From Dehalococcoidia bacterium (lineage in GTDB: Bacteria; Chloroflexota; Dehalococcoidia; Plut-88900), in assembly GCA_965249275.1 (NCBI GenBank), contig CBDFLQ010000007.1, positions 832,001 through 896,000 on the forward strand: DNA of 64,000 nucleotides, written 5' to 3'. The notes beneath the pieces were generated by a model. It was not told where the DNA came from and searched no databases. It saw only the letters and a list, made by a program, of their open reading frames with translations. Shown in pieces: positions 38,066 to 47,301 of the stretch (position 1 is its first letter; each line of letters begins with the position of its first letter). Made by a program: the position numbers and the translations under genes.

Positions 38066-39262
38066 CTAGAACGCGACCTCTCGTAACTCGTCCGACTCCG
38101 TAGTGATAAGGTCAGACCCCGTCTCCGTAACTACATGGGTGTCCTCCCACAGCAGGTGCAACTCCTTATCCCCGATGCCTGGCTCCGTGCTTATGACAGT
38201 GCCTACTTCCAGCACCGTATGGTCGGTGGGTGTCACACTGGGAGGCTCCGTGAACTGTATTCCTTGCCCGTGACCCATGCGGCTCCCACCCGTGAGTCTT
38301 TCAGGGTTGTCCGTCTCAACTCCCAAGTCTTTCATAGCTTGCACACCGGCACTGTGAATGTCCGCCGCCTCGACGCCCGGTCGCAGGGCCTCTACCATGC
38401 GGCGGTTCACTTCGAGGAGTTGATTGTAGAGACGTTTCTGCCTATCTGTGGGCGGACCCAGGGAGACCATACGTGGGTAGTCGACGGTATACATCCCGAC
38501 CCGGGCCCCGGTGTCGATGCCCAGTATGACGCCCGGTCTCAGAGGCCTGTCATAGTGAAATGCGTGCTTAGCTCCGGGAAGCTCGGACTGGATGTCGAAC
38601 TGGAAATGGACGAAGGACGTGCCGTCGGCACCTTCATCTAGTACCAGCTTCTGGAACTGGCGCGCCAACTGGCGTTCGGTTACTCCGGGAGTCAAATAGT
38701 CTGTATACAGGCGATGTCGAGCCCTGGCGGTAATGCGAGCCGCCTCACGCATGTATGACACTTCCTCCTCCGACTTGACCATGCGAGTCTTGATGATGAC
38801 GTCCGCGGCGTCAACGAACCGGGCCTCGGGCATCGAGCCGACGATGCTCAGGTAGTCCCCGACCGGCACACCCATCCTCTGCTCCTGACCCAACTCCGCA
38901 CCGATGCGACCAGCGCTCAGTCCCCTGTCCCGCAGAGCCTCTTCAACCAGCTCGTATGGGAACTGGAGGACATCGAAGTAGTCCCGGATGTCGGCGATAT
39001 ATGTGCTCTGCTCGATGTTGTCCCTGCCTTGGGAAACGATTATCGGATCTCCTACGGCGGGCAAAATGAAAGCCGAGGGTCGGGCCAAAGATTCGTTGGG
39101 GCCGATGCTTGGGGCAGCACCCACAAAGTAGTGGAAGTTGTGTTCTCCCGTAATCAGCAGCGCGTCCAAGTCGTTTTGTGCCATCAGCAAGCGGGCTCGG
39201 GCGAGTCGGCGGTCCATCTCTTGTCGGGAGAACATGGGGTAGGTCGGGTTTGACTGTGCCAA
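38066..39262 (-). CDS. M24 family (Xaa-Pro) peptidase-like protein
   Basis: Creatinase-like N-domain and metal ligands D-D-H-E-E (IDTG, VDYPR, GHGQG, TEPG, WEDT). TTG start after AAGGAG. Confidence 0.88.
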   Translation of the reverse strand: MAQSNPTYPMFSRQEMDRRLARARLLMAQNDLDALLITGEHNFHYFVGAAPSIGPNESLARPSAFILPAVGDPIIVSQGRDNIEQSTYIADIRDYFDVLQFPYELVEEALRDRGLSAGRIGAELGQEQRMGVPVGDYLSIVGSMPEARFVDAADVIIKTRMVKSEEEVSYMREAARITARARHRLYTDYLTPGVTERQLARQFQKLVLDEGADGTSFVHFQFDIQSELPGAKHAFHYDRPLRPGVILGIDTGARVGMYTVDYPRMVSLGPPTDRQKRLYNQLLEVNRRMVEALRPGVEAADIHSAGVQAMKDLGVETDNPERLTGGSRMGHGQGIQFTEPPSVTPTDHTVLEVGTVISTEPGIGDKELHLLWEDTHVVTETGSDLITTESDELREVAF

Positions 39263-39489
39263 AGGAACTCCTTCACTAAATTCTTGCCATTTACCGAAAT
39301 CGAAGGTTAACCCCACGGTGTGAAGCGTGCAACTCACTCAGTTTCCCGAAGGACTATGGAAGAGCCCATGACAATGGCGAGTGGTCTCGCAATCACCTTG
39401 TCAGAATAGCGCTACACCAAATTCCCCAAGATGCGTTGTGATAGGATGCACTCTGATGGGATCTGTATGGATTAAAGGGGTGCCTTAGC

Positions 39490-39711
39490 ATGAAAAAAGA
39501 GCTCTCTGTGAGCGTTTGGCAAGAAGGCTAGTGGTCCGTGGCTCAGGCTCTGGAAACGGACGTGGCCAGCCAAGGCCATTCCGTAGAAGAGGCTCTTGCC
39601 AATCTACGCGAGGCATTGGAATTGCATTTTGAGGCATCTGTTGCCACAACCTCACGCGAGATCCGGCGCATTGAGATAGAGGTTGCCGCCAGTCACGCTA
39701 CGAACAATTAG
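39490..39711 (+). pseudogene. HicB-family antitoxin interrupted by an in-frame TAG
   Basis: MKKELSVSVWQEG*WSVAQALETDVASQGHSVEEALANLREALELHFE..., a HicB-like signature. TAG at 39529-39531; no hicA adjacent. Confidence 0.75.
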
Positions 39712-40824
39712 ATGAAAATAGAACGTGTCGAAGTCCGAGTTGTCGCTCCCCAAGTCCAGCGGTTTACCTGGTCCCACGACCTCCCCGACCAGTTCGCCAC
39801 CAACACCCTGGTCCGTATCTTCACTGACGAGGGTGTCGAGGGCGTGGGTGGTGCATGGAACGGCACCTCCTTCGACTATGACCGCTATACCGCAGAAACA
39901 CTGCGCCACCTCTCCCCGACCCTAGTGGGTCGTGACCCGTTAGACCGGGAGGCTCTTCGTCGGGATCTGTGGCCTCGGGTCTTTCCGATACCTCCCCAGG
40001 CCCTCGCCGCAATCGACATCGCGTTGTGGGACCTGGCCGGGAAGGCGGCGGGCATGCCTCTCTACAAGCTAATCGGAGCCACCAGAGACCGAATCCCTTC
40101 CTATGCGAGCACTCCCATGCTGGATGACGTACCCGCATATCTGGACTTCGTGGAGACTCTGCTAGACCAGGGCTTCAACGCCGTCAAATTCCACACATGG
40201 TGTATACCGGAGCAGGATGCAGCCCTGGCCCGCGCAGTCCGGCAGAAGCATCCCAGCAAGGACATAGCGTTCATGTTGGATGCGGAGAACAACTACGACA
40301 GGGAATCCGCTCTCAGGGTTGCTAAAGAGCTGGAAAGCCTGGACTTCACCTGGTTCGAGGCTCCCCTCCCCGACTACGACCTCGAAGGCTACCGAGCTTT
40401 GGCAGAGGCAGTCGAGATGCCGGTGCTCCCATCTGGGAACTGGATTATGGACCTGACAACTTTCGAAAGCGCGGTGAAGTCGGGGTGCTGGCGGTCGTCC
40501 CGGACGGATGCGCTGATTCTCGGGGGCGTAACTCCTCTACACAAGGCCGTCGAGATTAGCGAGTCCGCAGGCATCAATTGCGAGATCATGTCCTGGGGAT
40601 TCAGCCTGAACTCGACCGCCAACCTCCATCTGATGCTCACCACCGACAGCTGTTCCTACTTCGAGCAGACTATGCCATACGAGCCTTACGAGTACGGCAT
40701 GATAGACGTCGTCCGAACCCAAGTGGATGGATACGTCTACGCCCCAGAAAAGCCGGGACTAGGTCTGGATGTTGACTGGGAGGCGATGGAGCACGCCACA
40801 ATCCACAGTTTGACCTTCCCCTAG
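39712..40824 (+). CDS. Mandelate racemase/muconate lactonizing enzyme family (enolase superfamily)
   Basis: AAIDIALWDLAGKAAGMPLYKLIG, MLDAE, WFEAP, PEKPGLG. Confidence 0.9.
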   Translation: MKIERVEVRVVAPQVQRFTWSHDLPDQFATNTLVRIFTDEGVEGVGGAWNGTSFDYDRYTAETLRHLSPTLVGRDPLDREALRRDLWPRVFPIPPQALAAIDIALWDLAGKAAGMPLYKLIGATRDRIPSYASTPMLDDVPAYLDFVETLLDQGFNAVKFHTWCIPEQDAALARAVRQKHPSKDIAFMLDAENNYDRESALRVAKELESLDFTWFEAPLPDYDLEGYRALAEAVEMPVLPSGNWIMDLTTFESAVKSGCWRSSRTDALILGGVTPLHKAVEISESAGINCEIMSWGFSLNSTANLHLMLTTDSCSYFEQTMPYEPYEYGMIDVVRTQVDGYVYAPEKPGLGLDVDWEAMEHATIHSLTFP

Positions 40825-42410
40825 TCGCGCTCGTACTTCCTACCCAACTCTTCCTCCCACCTCAAGTACTCTATCGCCCCCGCGAAGTTGCGCCCAGACC
40901 CGGTAGCCACCAGGTCATCCGGGGGTGTCAACACACCTGCCAGACCTTTTTCCAACGGATGACCCTCCGCAACCCAAGCCCGCGTACCTCCATCCAACGA
41001 CGCCACGCTTTCATACCCCATATCCACCAACGCCAGTCCAGCGAGTATCGATTCACGGCCCTCGGGGCTCACAAGCACTACGGGTGTCGACTTGGAGGGC
41101 ACAATGCTGTCCGCGAGGAGCTCCAGGGAGCCCCGAGGCGCCCATCGGCTGCCCGGCGGGTGTCCTTGCGAGAACTCCGCACTCGTCCCGATAAACAGCG
41201 CTACGGCGGACTCTTTCATCATCCTAGCCACATCTCTCGGGGGCAGTGAGGAGACACGGGTGCGAGCTTCTTCGAAGGTGGCGGGTCCTGCATCGCGGGA
41301 ATCCGATTCAAGCTCCAATCCCGCTTCCTTCCATGCCTTCGTGCCGCCCTCTACCACGTGAACGTTCGGGTATCCCATCTGCCTGAAAAAGGAGCCCGTC
41401 ACCGAGGCCCTAGCTATTCCGTCGCAGCAAAAGACGATCTGCCCTGCCTTCACCCCAACCACGTTGTCGCTCTCCTGGACGGCCTGACCTCCCGGATGCC
41501 ACCAGAATCCCGGAATATGGCCTGCTTCGAATTCATCGCGCGTTCTCACATCCACGAGATAGACGTTCTCGTCACGCCGCTCCGACAACAACCTTTGCAG
41601 CCCGTCGGGCGTCAAATAGTTCACTCCGTCTTCAGTCGCCACTCTTCGGCCGAATGCCTCAGCCCTCCCCAATGCCTCCACCGATGGCGCATTCAGGGTC
41701 ACCCGGCCCGACCCATTCTCCAAGTCAAAACCAGCCAACTGCCACCCCATCGTTCCGTTCCGCAGCCCGTAGATTTGCTTCACGCCCATACGCTGCAAAA
41801 GGCCCGTACCAACTATGCTCCGGGTACGGCCCGCACAATGCACAACCACCGGGGTATCCTCGGTATCCATCAGGTCCCAGATACGCAAGGCGATCTCCCC
41901 ACCGGGAAGGCTGCGGCTGCCCGGAATACAGAAATTGTGGTGTTCCTCCGGGGTCCGGGAGTCGACCATGACGAACTGCTCGCCGCGGGAGATCCAGCCT
42001 TCAAGCTCCTCGGCGGTTATCTCCGGCACCTGCTGTTCAACCTGCAACCGTTCTCCGAAGTCTTTGCTCAGAACGTTGACACCCCACTCGGACCCGTAAC
42101 CGAGGGATGTCCAGCGGTTGATCCCACCCTCCAACACCGACCCATTCTCGTATCTCATGCGTTCCAGCGTGCCAAGGGCCAACGCTGCTCTCCTACCGTC
42201 GTCATCGCAGACTACAATCCTAGTCGCCCTATTGGGTACAAGGCGAGGGAGCCGGTACTCAATGAGCCGTCGTGGAAGTGGGCAGGCGCCGGGGATGTGG
42301 GCGAGGTTATATTCTCCGTGCTCACGCACGTCCAACAGGGCGATGGGAGCGCCTTGGTTCAGCAGGGATGCAAGCTCTTCAGAGGCAGTGATTTTAGGCA
42401 TCTCTGGCAT
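40821..42410 (-). CDS. Multi-domain rhodanese (four rhodanese repeats) sulfurtransferase
   Basis: Repeated DVR...HIPG...(L)xGGxxxW units; active-site-like VHCAGRTRS in repeat 2. Confidence 0.9.
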   Translation of the reverse strand: MPEMPKITASEELASLLNQGAPIALLDVREHGEYNLAHIPGACPLPRRLIEYRLPRLVPNRATRIVVCDDDGRRAALALGTLERMRYENGSVLEGGINRWTSLGYGSEWGVNVLSKDFGERLQVEQQVPEITAEELEGWISRGEQFVMVDSRTPEEHHNFCIPGSRSLPGGEIALRIWDLMDTEDTPVVVHCAGRTRSIVGTGLLQRMGVKQIYGLRNGTMGWQLAGFDLENGSGRVTLNAPSVEALGRAEAFGRRVATEDGVNYLTPDGLQRLLSERRDENVYLVDVRTRDEFEAGHIPGFWWHPGGQAVQESDNVVGVKAGQIVFCCDGIARASVTGSFFRQMGYPNVHVVEGGTKAWKEAGLELESDSRDAGPATFEEARTRVSSLPPRDVARMMKESAVALFIGTSAEFSQGHPPGSRWAPRGSLELLADSIVPSKSTPVVLVSPEGRESILAGLALVDMGYESVASLDGGTRAWVAEGHPLEKGLAGVLTPPDDLVATGSGRNFAGAIEYLRWEEELGRKYERD

Positions 42411-42437
42411 TGAGAATGTGCAGATACGGCAGACCGG

Positions 42438-43022
42438 CTATTCGTTGTCGTACTTGGACTTGCTCTGGAAGTCGACTTTGGCGCCGGTCGCCATATCGAA
42501 ACGGCACCGCTCGATGTTGCTCAGGTCCTGGCCGTAGACGTGGATTTCCACCGTGGGCCGGGAGTCAGGATTGTCGATCTGGTGTATTTCGTCGATACCG
42601 GGGATGAGCAGGCTAACCTCGCCGGGCTTGGACACTGCATCCCGGTCTTTCTCCAACCGCCCGAAGCCAGGCCGATCTTCGTCGGAGTGCCACCGGAACC
42701 GGATCTCGTTGAGCGTGTTGTCCAGGACACCGATCATGCCCCAGACGTGGTGGTCATGCGGGTCGACATGGTCGCCCGGACCCCACACCTCCGCAGAGAC
42801 CAGCAGGATGTCGGAACGGTGGAGAAGGTACGAGCCGTGAATCCGACCGCCACCCTTGCTGGAAGGGACCCGATACTCCTGAGGTATGCAGTTCGGGTTG
42901 TTAATCAACCTCTCCAGGAAAGAAGAGCCTTTATCCAGCACTGCCGATTCATCAACGCCCTTAGACTGGAGTTCCCTAATGTCGTACACGAACTGGTCCA
43001 GAGTGTAACTGCTTGTAGCCAT
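42438..43022 (-). CDS. Cysteine-dioxygenase-like (thiol dioxygenase) cupin
   Basis: VWGPG..PHDHHVWG, EIHQI and IHVYG: the 3-His cupin motifs. Confidence 0.85.
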   Translation of the reverse strand: MATSSYTLDQFVYDIRELQSKGVDESAVLDKGSSFLERLINNPNCIPQEYRVPSSKGGGRIHGSYLLHRSDILLVSAEVWGPGDHVDPHDHHVWGMIGVLDNTLNEIRFRWHSDEDRPGFGRLEKDRDAVSKPGEVSLLIPGIDEIHQIDNPDSRPTVEIHVYGQDLSNIERCRFDMATGAKVDFQSKSKYDNE

Positions 43023-43270
43023 GCGATTCCTCCCACTAACTTGCTTACGGCTGCATAGGCCATCTTATGCAATTGTACACGCTTTTGTGCTTCATCAACC
43101 AGCCAAGAGGTGAAAAGACGGCATGAAAACGCTAAAAATAGGCTCAGTTTTGCCCTACTAAATCGACCTGTTACAATAGTATTAGTATTGAATGGACGTT
43201 CCCGAATACTCCGTGCCCACAAAAAGAACTGGGTGTCCCGTGGAGACTGGAAGCATAGAAAGGATCGAAA

Positions 43271-44077
43271 ATGGCTAAGAGAAGATCCAGGTTTGTGCCC
43301 CCCAAGGGCGCCATGACCGTTAAAGAAGCCGCCGAATCCACGGGCTACAGCGTGGCCCGAATATCGAAACTGTTGGGTGAAAACAGGATAGTAGGCACTT
43401 TCAAAAGGAAGGGCCGGAGGCTTATCCCAACGCCCATAAAATTCCTCACGACCAAGGGTGAAGAGAAGCTACTCGACAAGGCTCAACGTGGAAAGTCCGA
43501 CTCGGTGGTCGACCCTAACGAAGTCCGGGTCACGGGTGAGAACTCCTTCATCCGCCTCGCCCCCTCCGAGGGCGCTGATTTCACTACGGTGATCAGCCAC
43601 TGGCGAGTCCTCTTCTCTCCAGCAGGCCCGGGCCACGCACTTTTCATGCGTTCGGACCTTACCGATGACAAGGTAGTCGCATACTCCGACAACGTTGCGC
43701 TGGCGCGGTGGTTGCAAGAAGAGATCGAATCCATGATCAATCCGCCTTTCGCCGACACTTCAGTACGGATAATTGAGGCGGAATTCGAGCGGGAAGGCGA
43801 CGTCCGATCCTACTCCACGGAGCGCATCGAATCTCGAGATGAGGACATTGCCCTCACCTGGTACGACACCATGACTCCCTTCGCGATACACGCACCGCCC
43901 GGGACTGGGGGCCGAAGCCACGGCGTCTACAGCATCATGACTCCTGCCCGTCGGGCCCAAGTGGTGATTAACGGTGAGTATGCGTCCGGTAATGCCCAGA
44001 CCGCCCAGCGCGACGGCACTCCATCCACCACGGCCTGCCTGGCCTGGTCTGAGTCCTGGGTCAGGCCGCGTACGTAG
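43271..44077 (+). CDS. Hypothetical protein: N-terminal excisionase-like HTH fused to an unknown domain
   Basis: MTVKEAAESTGYSVARISKLL...RI.G is HTH_17-like; SD AAGGA; upstream TTGCCC-16-(TG)TACAAT. Confidence 0.7.
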   Translation: MAKRRSRFVPPKGAMTVKEAAESTGYSVARISKLLGENRIVGTFKRKGRRLIPTPIKFLTTKGEEKLLDKAQRGKSDSVVDPNEVRVTGENSFIRLAPSEGADFTTVISHWRVLFSPAGPGHALFMRSDLTDDKVVAYSDNVALARWLQEEIESMINPPFADTSVRIIEAEFEREGDVRSYSTERIESRDEDIALTWYDTMTPFAIHAPPGTGGRSHGVYSIMTPARRAQVVINGEYASGNAQTAQRDGTPSTTACLAWSESWVRPRT

Positions 44078-44104
44078 GCCACACATGGTGGAAAACGTTT
44101 GGTG

Positions 44105-46051
44105 ATGCCTCTCATACCTCGCAAGGTGTTGTTCGGCAACCCGGATAAGGCTTCGCCGCGTCTAAGCCCTGACGGTCTGCATATAGCTTTTCTGGCGCCT
44201 GTCGAGGGAGTCCTTAACGTCTGGGTAGGCCCAGCGTCGAACCCTATGGCAGCCGAGCCGCTGACGCGAGACTCCGGACGGGGTATCAGGCTCTACTTCT
44301 GGGCCTTTACCAACCGCCACGTAATCTACCTTCAGGACAAAGAAGGAGACGAGAACTGGCGCGTCTACACCGTAGAACTCGAATCTCGGGAAGTCCTAGA
44401 CCTCACGCCATTGGAGAATGTTCAAGCACAGGTCGTTGGAATCAGTTCTGATCATCCGGACGAGATAGTTGTCGGGCTGAACGACCGCAATCCCCAGTAC
44501 CACAACCTGTACAGGATCGACGTATACACGGGTGAGAGAACACTGCTCCAGCAAAACGACCGCTTTGCTGAGTTTCGCATTGACGATGATTATCGTGTGA
44601 GATTCGGAACGGTGATGACTCCCGACGGCGGCAGCGAGGTGTTCGAAGCGGATGGGCAGGGCCGGTGGGATACCTTCATGCAGGTGGGCATGGAGGATGC
44701 GCTCACAACAGCTCCAGTGGGTTTCGACAAGCCCGGTAGTACGCTCCATCTGATCGACTCCCGGTGCCGCAACACGGCAGCTATGGCCTCCATAGACCTC
44801 GACACCGGCGTCGAGACGGTCATCGCAGAGAGCGAACTGGCAGATGTGAGCGACGCCATGATCCACCCTGTGACCAATGCCATTGAGGCCGTCGCTTTCA
44901 CCCACCAGAGAAAAGAATGGCATGTTCTGGCCGAGTCGGTGTCCGAGGACTTGAATTTTCTCAAGCCAAAGGAGGATGGTGACGTCGAAGTAGTGAGCAG
45001 GACGCTGAAGGACGACATGTGGATAGTGGCCTATATGTTGGATGATGGCCCAGTCAAGTACCACCTCTACCACCGCTCCACCCGACAACTTGAATATCTG
45101 TTTTCCAACAATGCCGAACTGGAAACGGTGCCTCTCGCCAAGATGCAACCTGTGATCATTAAATCCAGGGACGGGCTAGACCTGGTGAGCTACTACTCTC
45201 TGCCGGCAGAGAGTCAAGGAAAGGACCCCCGATTCCCCACCCATCCCCTTCCCACCGTGCTGCTAGTACACGGAGGGCCCTGGGCACGGGCTGACTGGGG
45301 GTACGATCCCCATTCTCAATGGCTCGCTAACCGGGGCTATGCTGCGCTAGTAGTCAACTTCCGTGGTTCGACCGGCCTGGGCAAGAACTTCATTAACGCG
45401 GGAAATATGGAGTGGGGTCGCAAGATGCACGACGACCTGCTCGACGCGGTGAACTGGGCTATTGATTTCGGGGTAGCCGATCCCGAGAAGATTGCCGTGA
45501 TGGGAGGCAGTTACGGTGGCTACGCTGCATTGGCCAGTTTGACGATTACGCCTGATGTTTTCGCATGTGCAGTCGACATCGTCGGCCCATCCAACCTGAT
45601 AACGCTTCTGGAGTCGTTTCCGCCATATTGGCAGCCGATGATAGAGCTATTCACCAGCCGCGTCGGGGACCATAGGACTCCCGAGGGCCGAGCCTTGCTC
45701 CAGGAGAGGTCACCCCTCAGCTACGTGGACCGCATTAGGCAACCTTTGCTGATAGGCCAAGGCGCCAATGACCCTCGGGTCAAGGAAGCAGAATCTGCGC
45801 AGATCGTTCAAGCCATGGGCGAACGGAACATACCCGTCACATACGTCCTGTATCCCGACGAAGGGCATGGTTTCGCCCGGCCCGAAAACAGGCTCTCTTT
45901 CTACGCCATTGCCGAGGCGTTTTTGGCACAGCACCTCGGGGGCCGGTTCGAGGAAATTGGAGATGACTTAGCAGGGTCGTCAGCGTCAGTTAAGCAGGGC
46001 ATCCACGAAGTGTCGGGTGTCGCAGAGGCCCTTTCCAAACAAAAGGCGTAA
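44105..46051 (+). CDS. S9 family peptidase (dipeptidyl aminopeptidase/acylaminoacyl peptidase)
   Basis: VHGGPW, GGSYGG (Ser), GANDPRV (Asp), DEGHGF (His). Confidence 0.94.
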   Translation: MPLIPRKVLFGNPDKASPRLSPDGLHIAFLAPVEGVLNVWVGPASNPMAAEPLTRDSGRGIRLYFWAFTNRHVIYLQDKEGDENWRVYTVELESREVLDLTPLENVQAQVVGISSDHPDEIVVGLNDRNPQYHNLYRIDVYTGERTLLQQNDRFAEFRIDDDYRVRFGTVMTPDGGSEVFEADGQGRWDTFMQVGMEDALTTAPVGFDKPGSTLHLIDSRCRNTAAMASIDLDTGVETVIAESELADVSDAMIHPVTNAIEAVAFTHQRKEWHVLAESVSEDLNFLKPKEDGDVEVVSRTLKDDMWIVAYMLDDGPVKYHLYHRSTRQLEYLFSNNAELETVPLAKMQPVIIKSRDGLDLVSYYSLPAESQGKDPRFPTHPLPTVLLVHGGPWARADWGYDPHSQWLANRGYAALVVNFRGSTGLGKNFINAGNMEWGRKMHDDLLDAVNWAIDFGVADPEKIAVMGGSYGGYAALASLTITPDVFACAVDIVGPSNLITLLESFPPYWQPMIELFTSRVGDHRTPEGRALLQERSPLSYVDRIRQPLLIGQGANDPRVKEAESAQIVQAMGERNIPVTYVLYPDEGHGFARPENRLSFYAIAEAFLAQHLGGRFEEIGDDLAGSSASVKQGIHEVSGVAEALSKQKA

Positions 46052-46077
46052 CCGACGCTCGCAACGCTGGACACCCG

Positions 46078-47274
46078 CTACTTAAACAGCGCCTCCGGGT
46101 GCTCGATCAACTGCTTCAACCGGCGCAAGAAGGCGGAAGCCGGTGCGCCATCCACAACCTGGTGATCGACGGTCAGGCTCAGCGTCGCCGTCTCTCTCGC
46201 GACTATCTCATCACCGACGACTACAGCCTTTTTAGCGACTCTGCCTACTCCCAGGATCGCGCTCCGGCCCGGGTTGAGAAGGGGTGTGAACCCGTCAACA
46301 GTACCGAGAACCGTGAGTATGAATGTGCCGCCGGTCATTTCGTCGGCCTTTAGCTTGCCGTCTCGCGCCCGTCCGGATACGTCTTTTCTCTCGGATGCGA
46401 GCTCTTTCACGGTCTTTGCCTGCACGTTCTTGATGACGGGGACAATCAATCCCTCATTAAGGGCTACTGCTATTCCAATATCGACCTGGTCGAAGTAGTA
46501 CACCTTGCCGTCCGAGAGAACGGTGTTGAGCTGGGGGTTCTTGAGCAGGGCTTCGGCGCAGGCCTTCATGATGATGTCTGTCGCTGAGAGAGAGGCTTCG
46601 CTTCCTCGGGAATGTTCTCGGCGGAGGGCCGTGGCCTGTGTCATGTCCACGTCCAAGTGGAAAGAAAGCTGCGCCGCGTTGGACACGCTTCGGCGCATGT
46701 TGGTGGCGATGGCCTTCCGTATGCCGGCAAGGGGTACGATTCTGGAAGGAGTCGGGAGACCGGAGGGTAACACCGCCTTTTCGCTCTTCTCAGGTGAAGG
46801 GGCCGACGCCTGGCCTTCGGCGTAGGTCTTAACGTCAGCCTCTACGATACGACCTCCCGGCCGAGCCGGAGGCACCAGGGCGATATCTATTTCCAGCTTG
46901 GCCGCGAGTTTACGGGCGCTGGGCGCTGCCCTAACGTCCCCGCTAGCCTGAGTCCGGGTACCGCGCGTTGTGGTGGTAGACGCCGCGGTTGCAATTACGT
47001 CAACAGATTTCGGGGCAGGGGGCTCGGGTACGGACTCCCCTTCCTTCAGAATATGGGCGATGAGTTCCTCAATGGGGACTACGTCACCCTCGTTGACCAC
47101 GGGATGGAAAACCCCTGATTCAGGAGCTTCAAGCTCGTAGGAGATTTTCTCCGTGGTGATCTCTGCCAGGGGCTCGCCCTGCTGGACGGTGGAACCGGGA
47201 CCCTTGTGCCATTTGGCAAGAGTTCCCTCGGTCATAATCATCCCGAGCTGAGGCATTCGGATGGGGGTCGCCAT
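46078..47274 (-). CDS. Dihydrolipoamide acyltransferase (E2) of a 2-oxoacid/acetoin dehydrogenase complex
   Basis: Lipoyl domain (ITTEKIS), E3-binding AAPSARKLA, catalytic DHQVVDG. Confidence 0.92.
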   Translation of the reverse strand: MATPIRMPQLGMIMTEGTLAKWHKGPGSTVQQGEPLAEITTEKISYELEAPESGVFHPVVNEGDVVPIEELIAHILKEGESVPEPPAPKSVDVIATAASTTTTRGTRTQASGDVRAAPSARKLAAKLEIDIALVPPARPGGRIVEADVKTYAEGQASAPSPEKSEKAVLPSGLPTPSRIVPLAGIRKAIATNMRRSVSNAAQLSFHLDVDMTQATALRREHSRGSEASLSATDIIMKACAEALLKNPQLNTVLSDGKVYYFDQVDIGIAVALNEGLIVPVIKNVQAKTVKELASERKDVSGRARDGKLKADEMTGGTFILTVLGTVDGFTPLLNPGRSAILGVGRVAKKAVVVGDEIVARETATLSLTVDHQVVDGAPASAFLRRLKQLIEHPEALFK

Positions 47275-47301
47275 ATATCTCTCTACACCCGGAGTCCGGG
47301 G

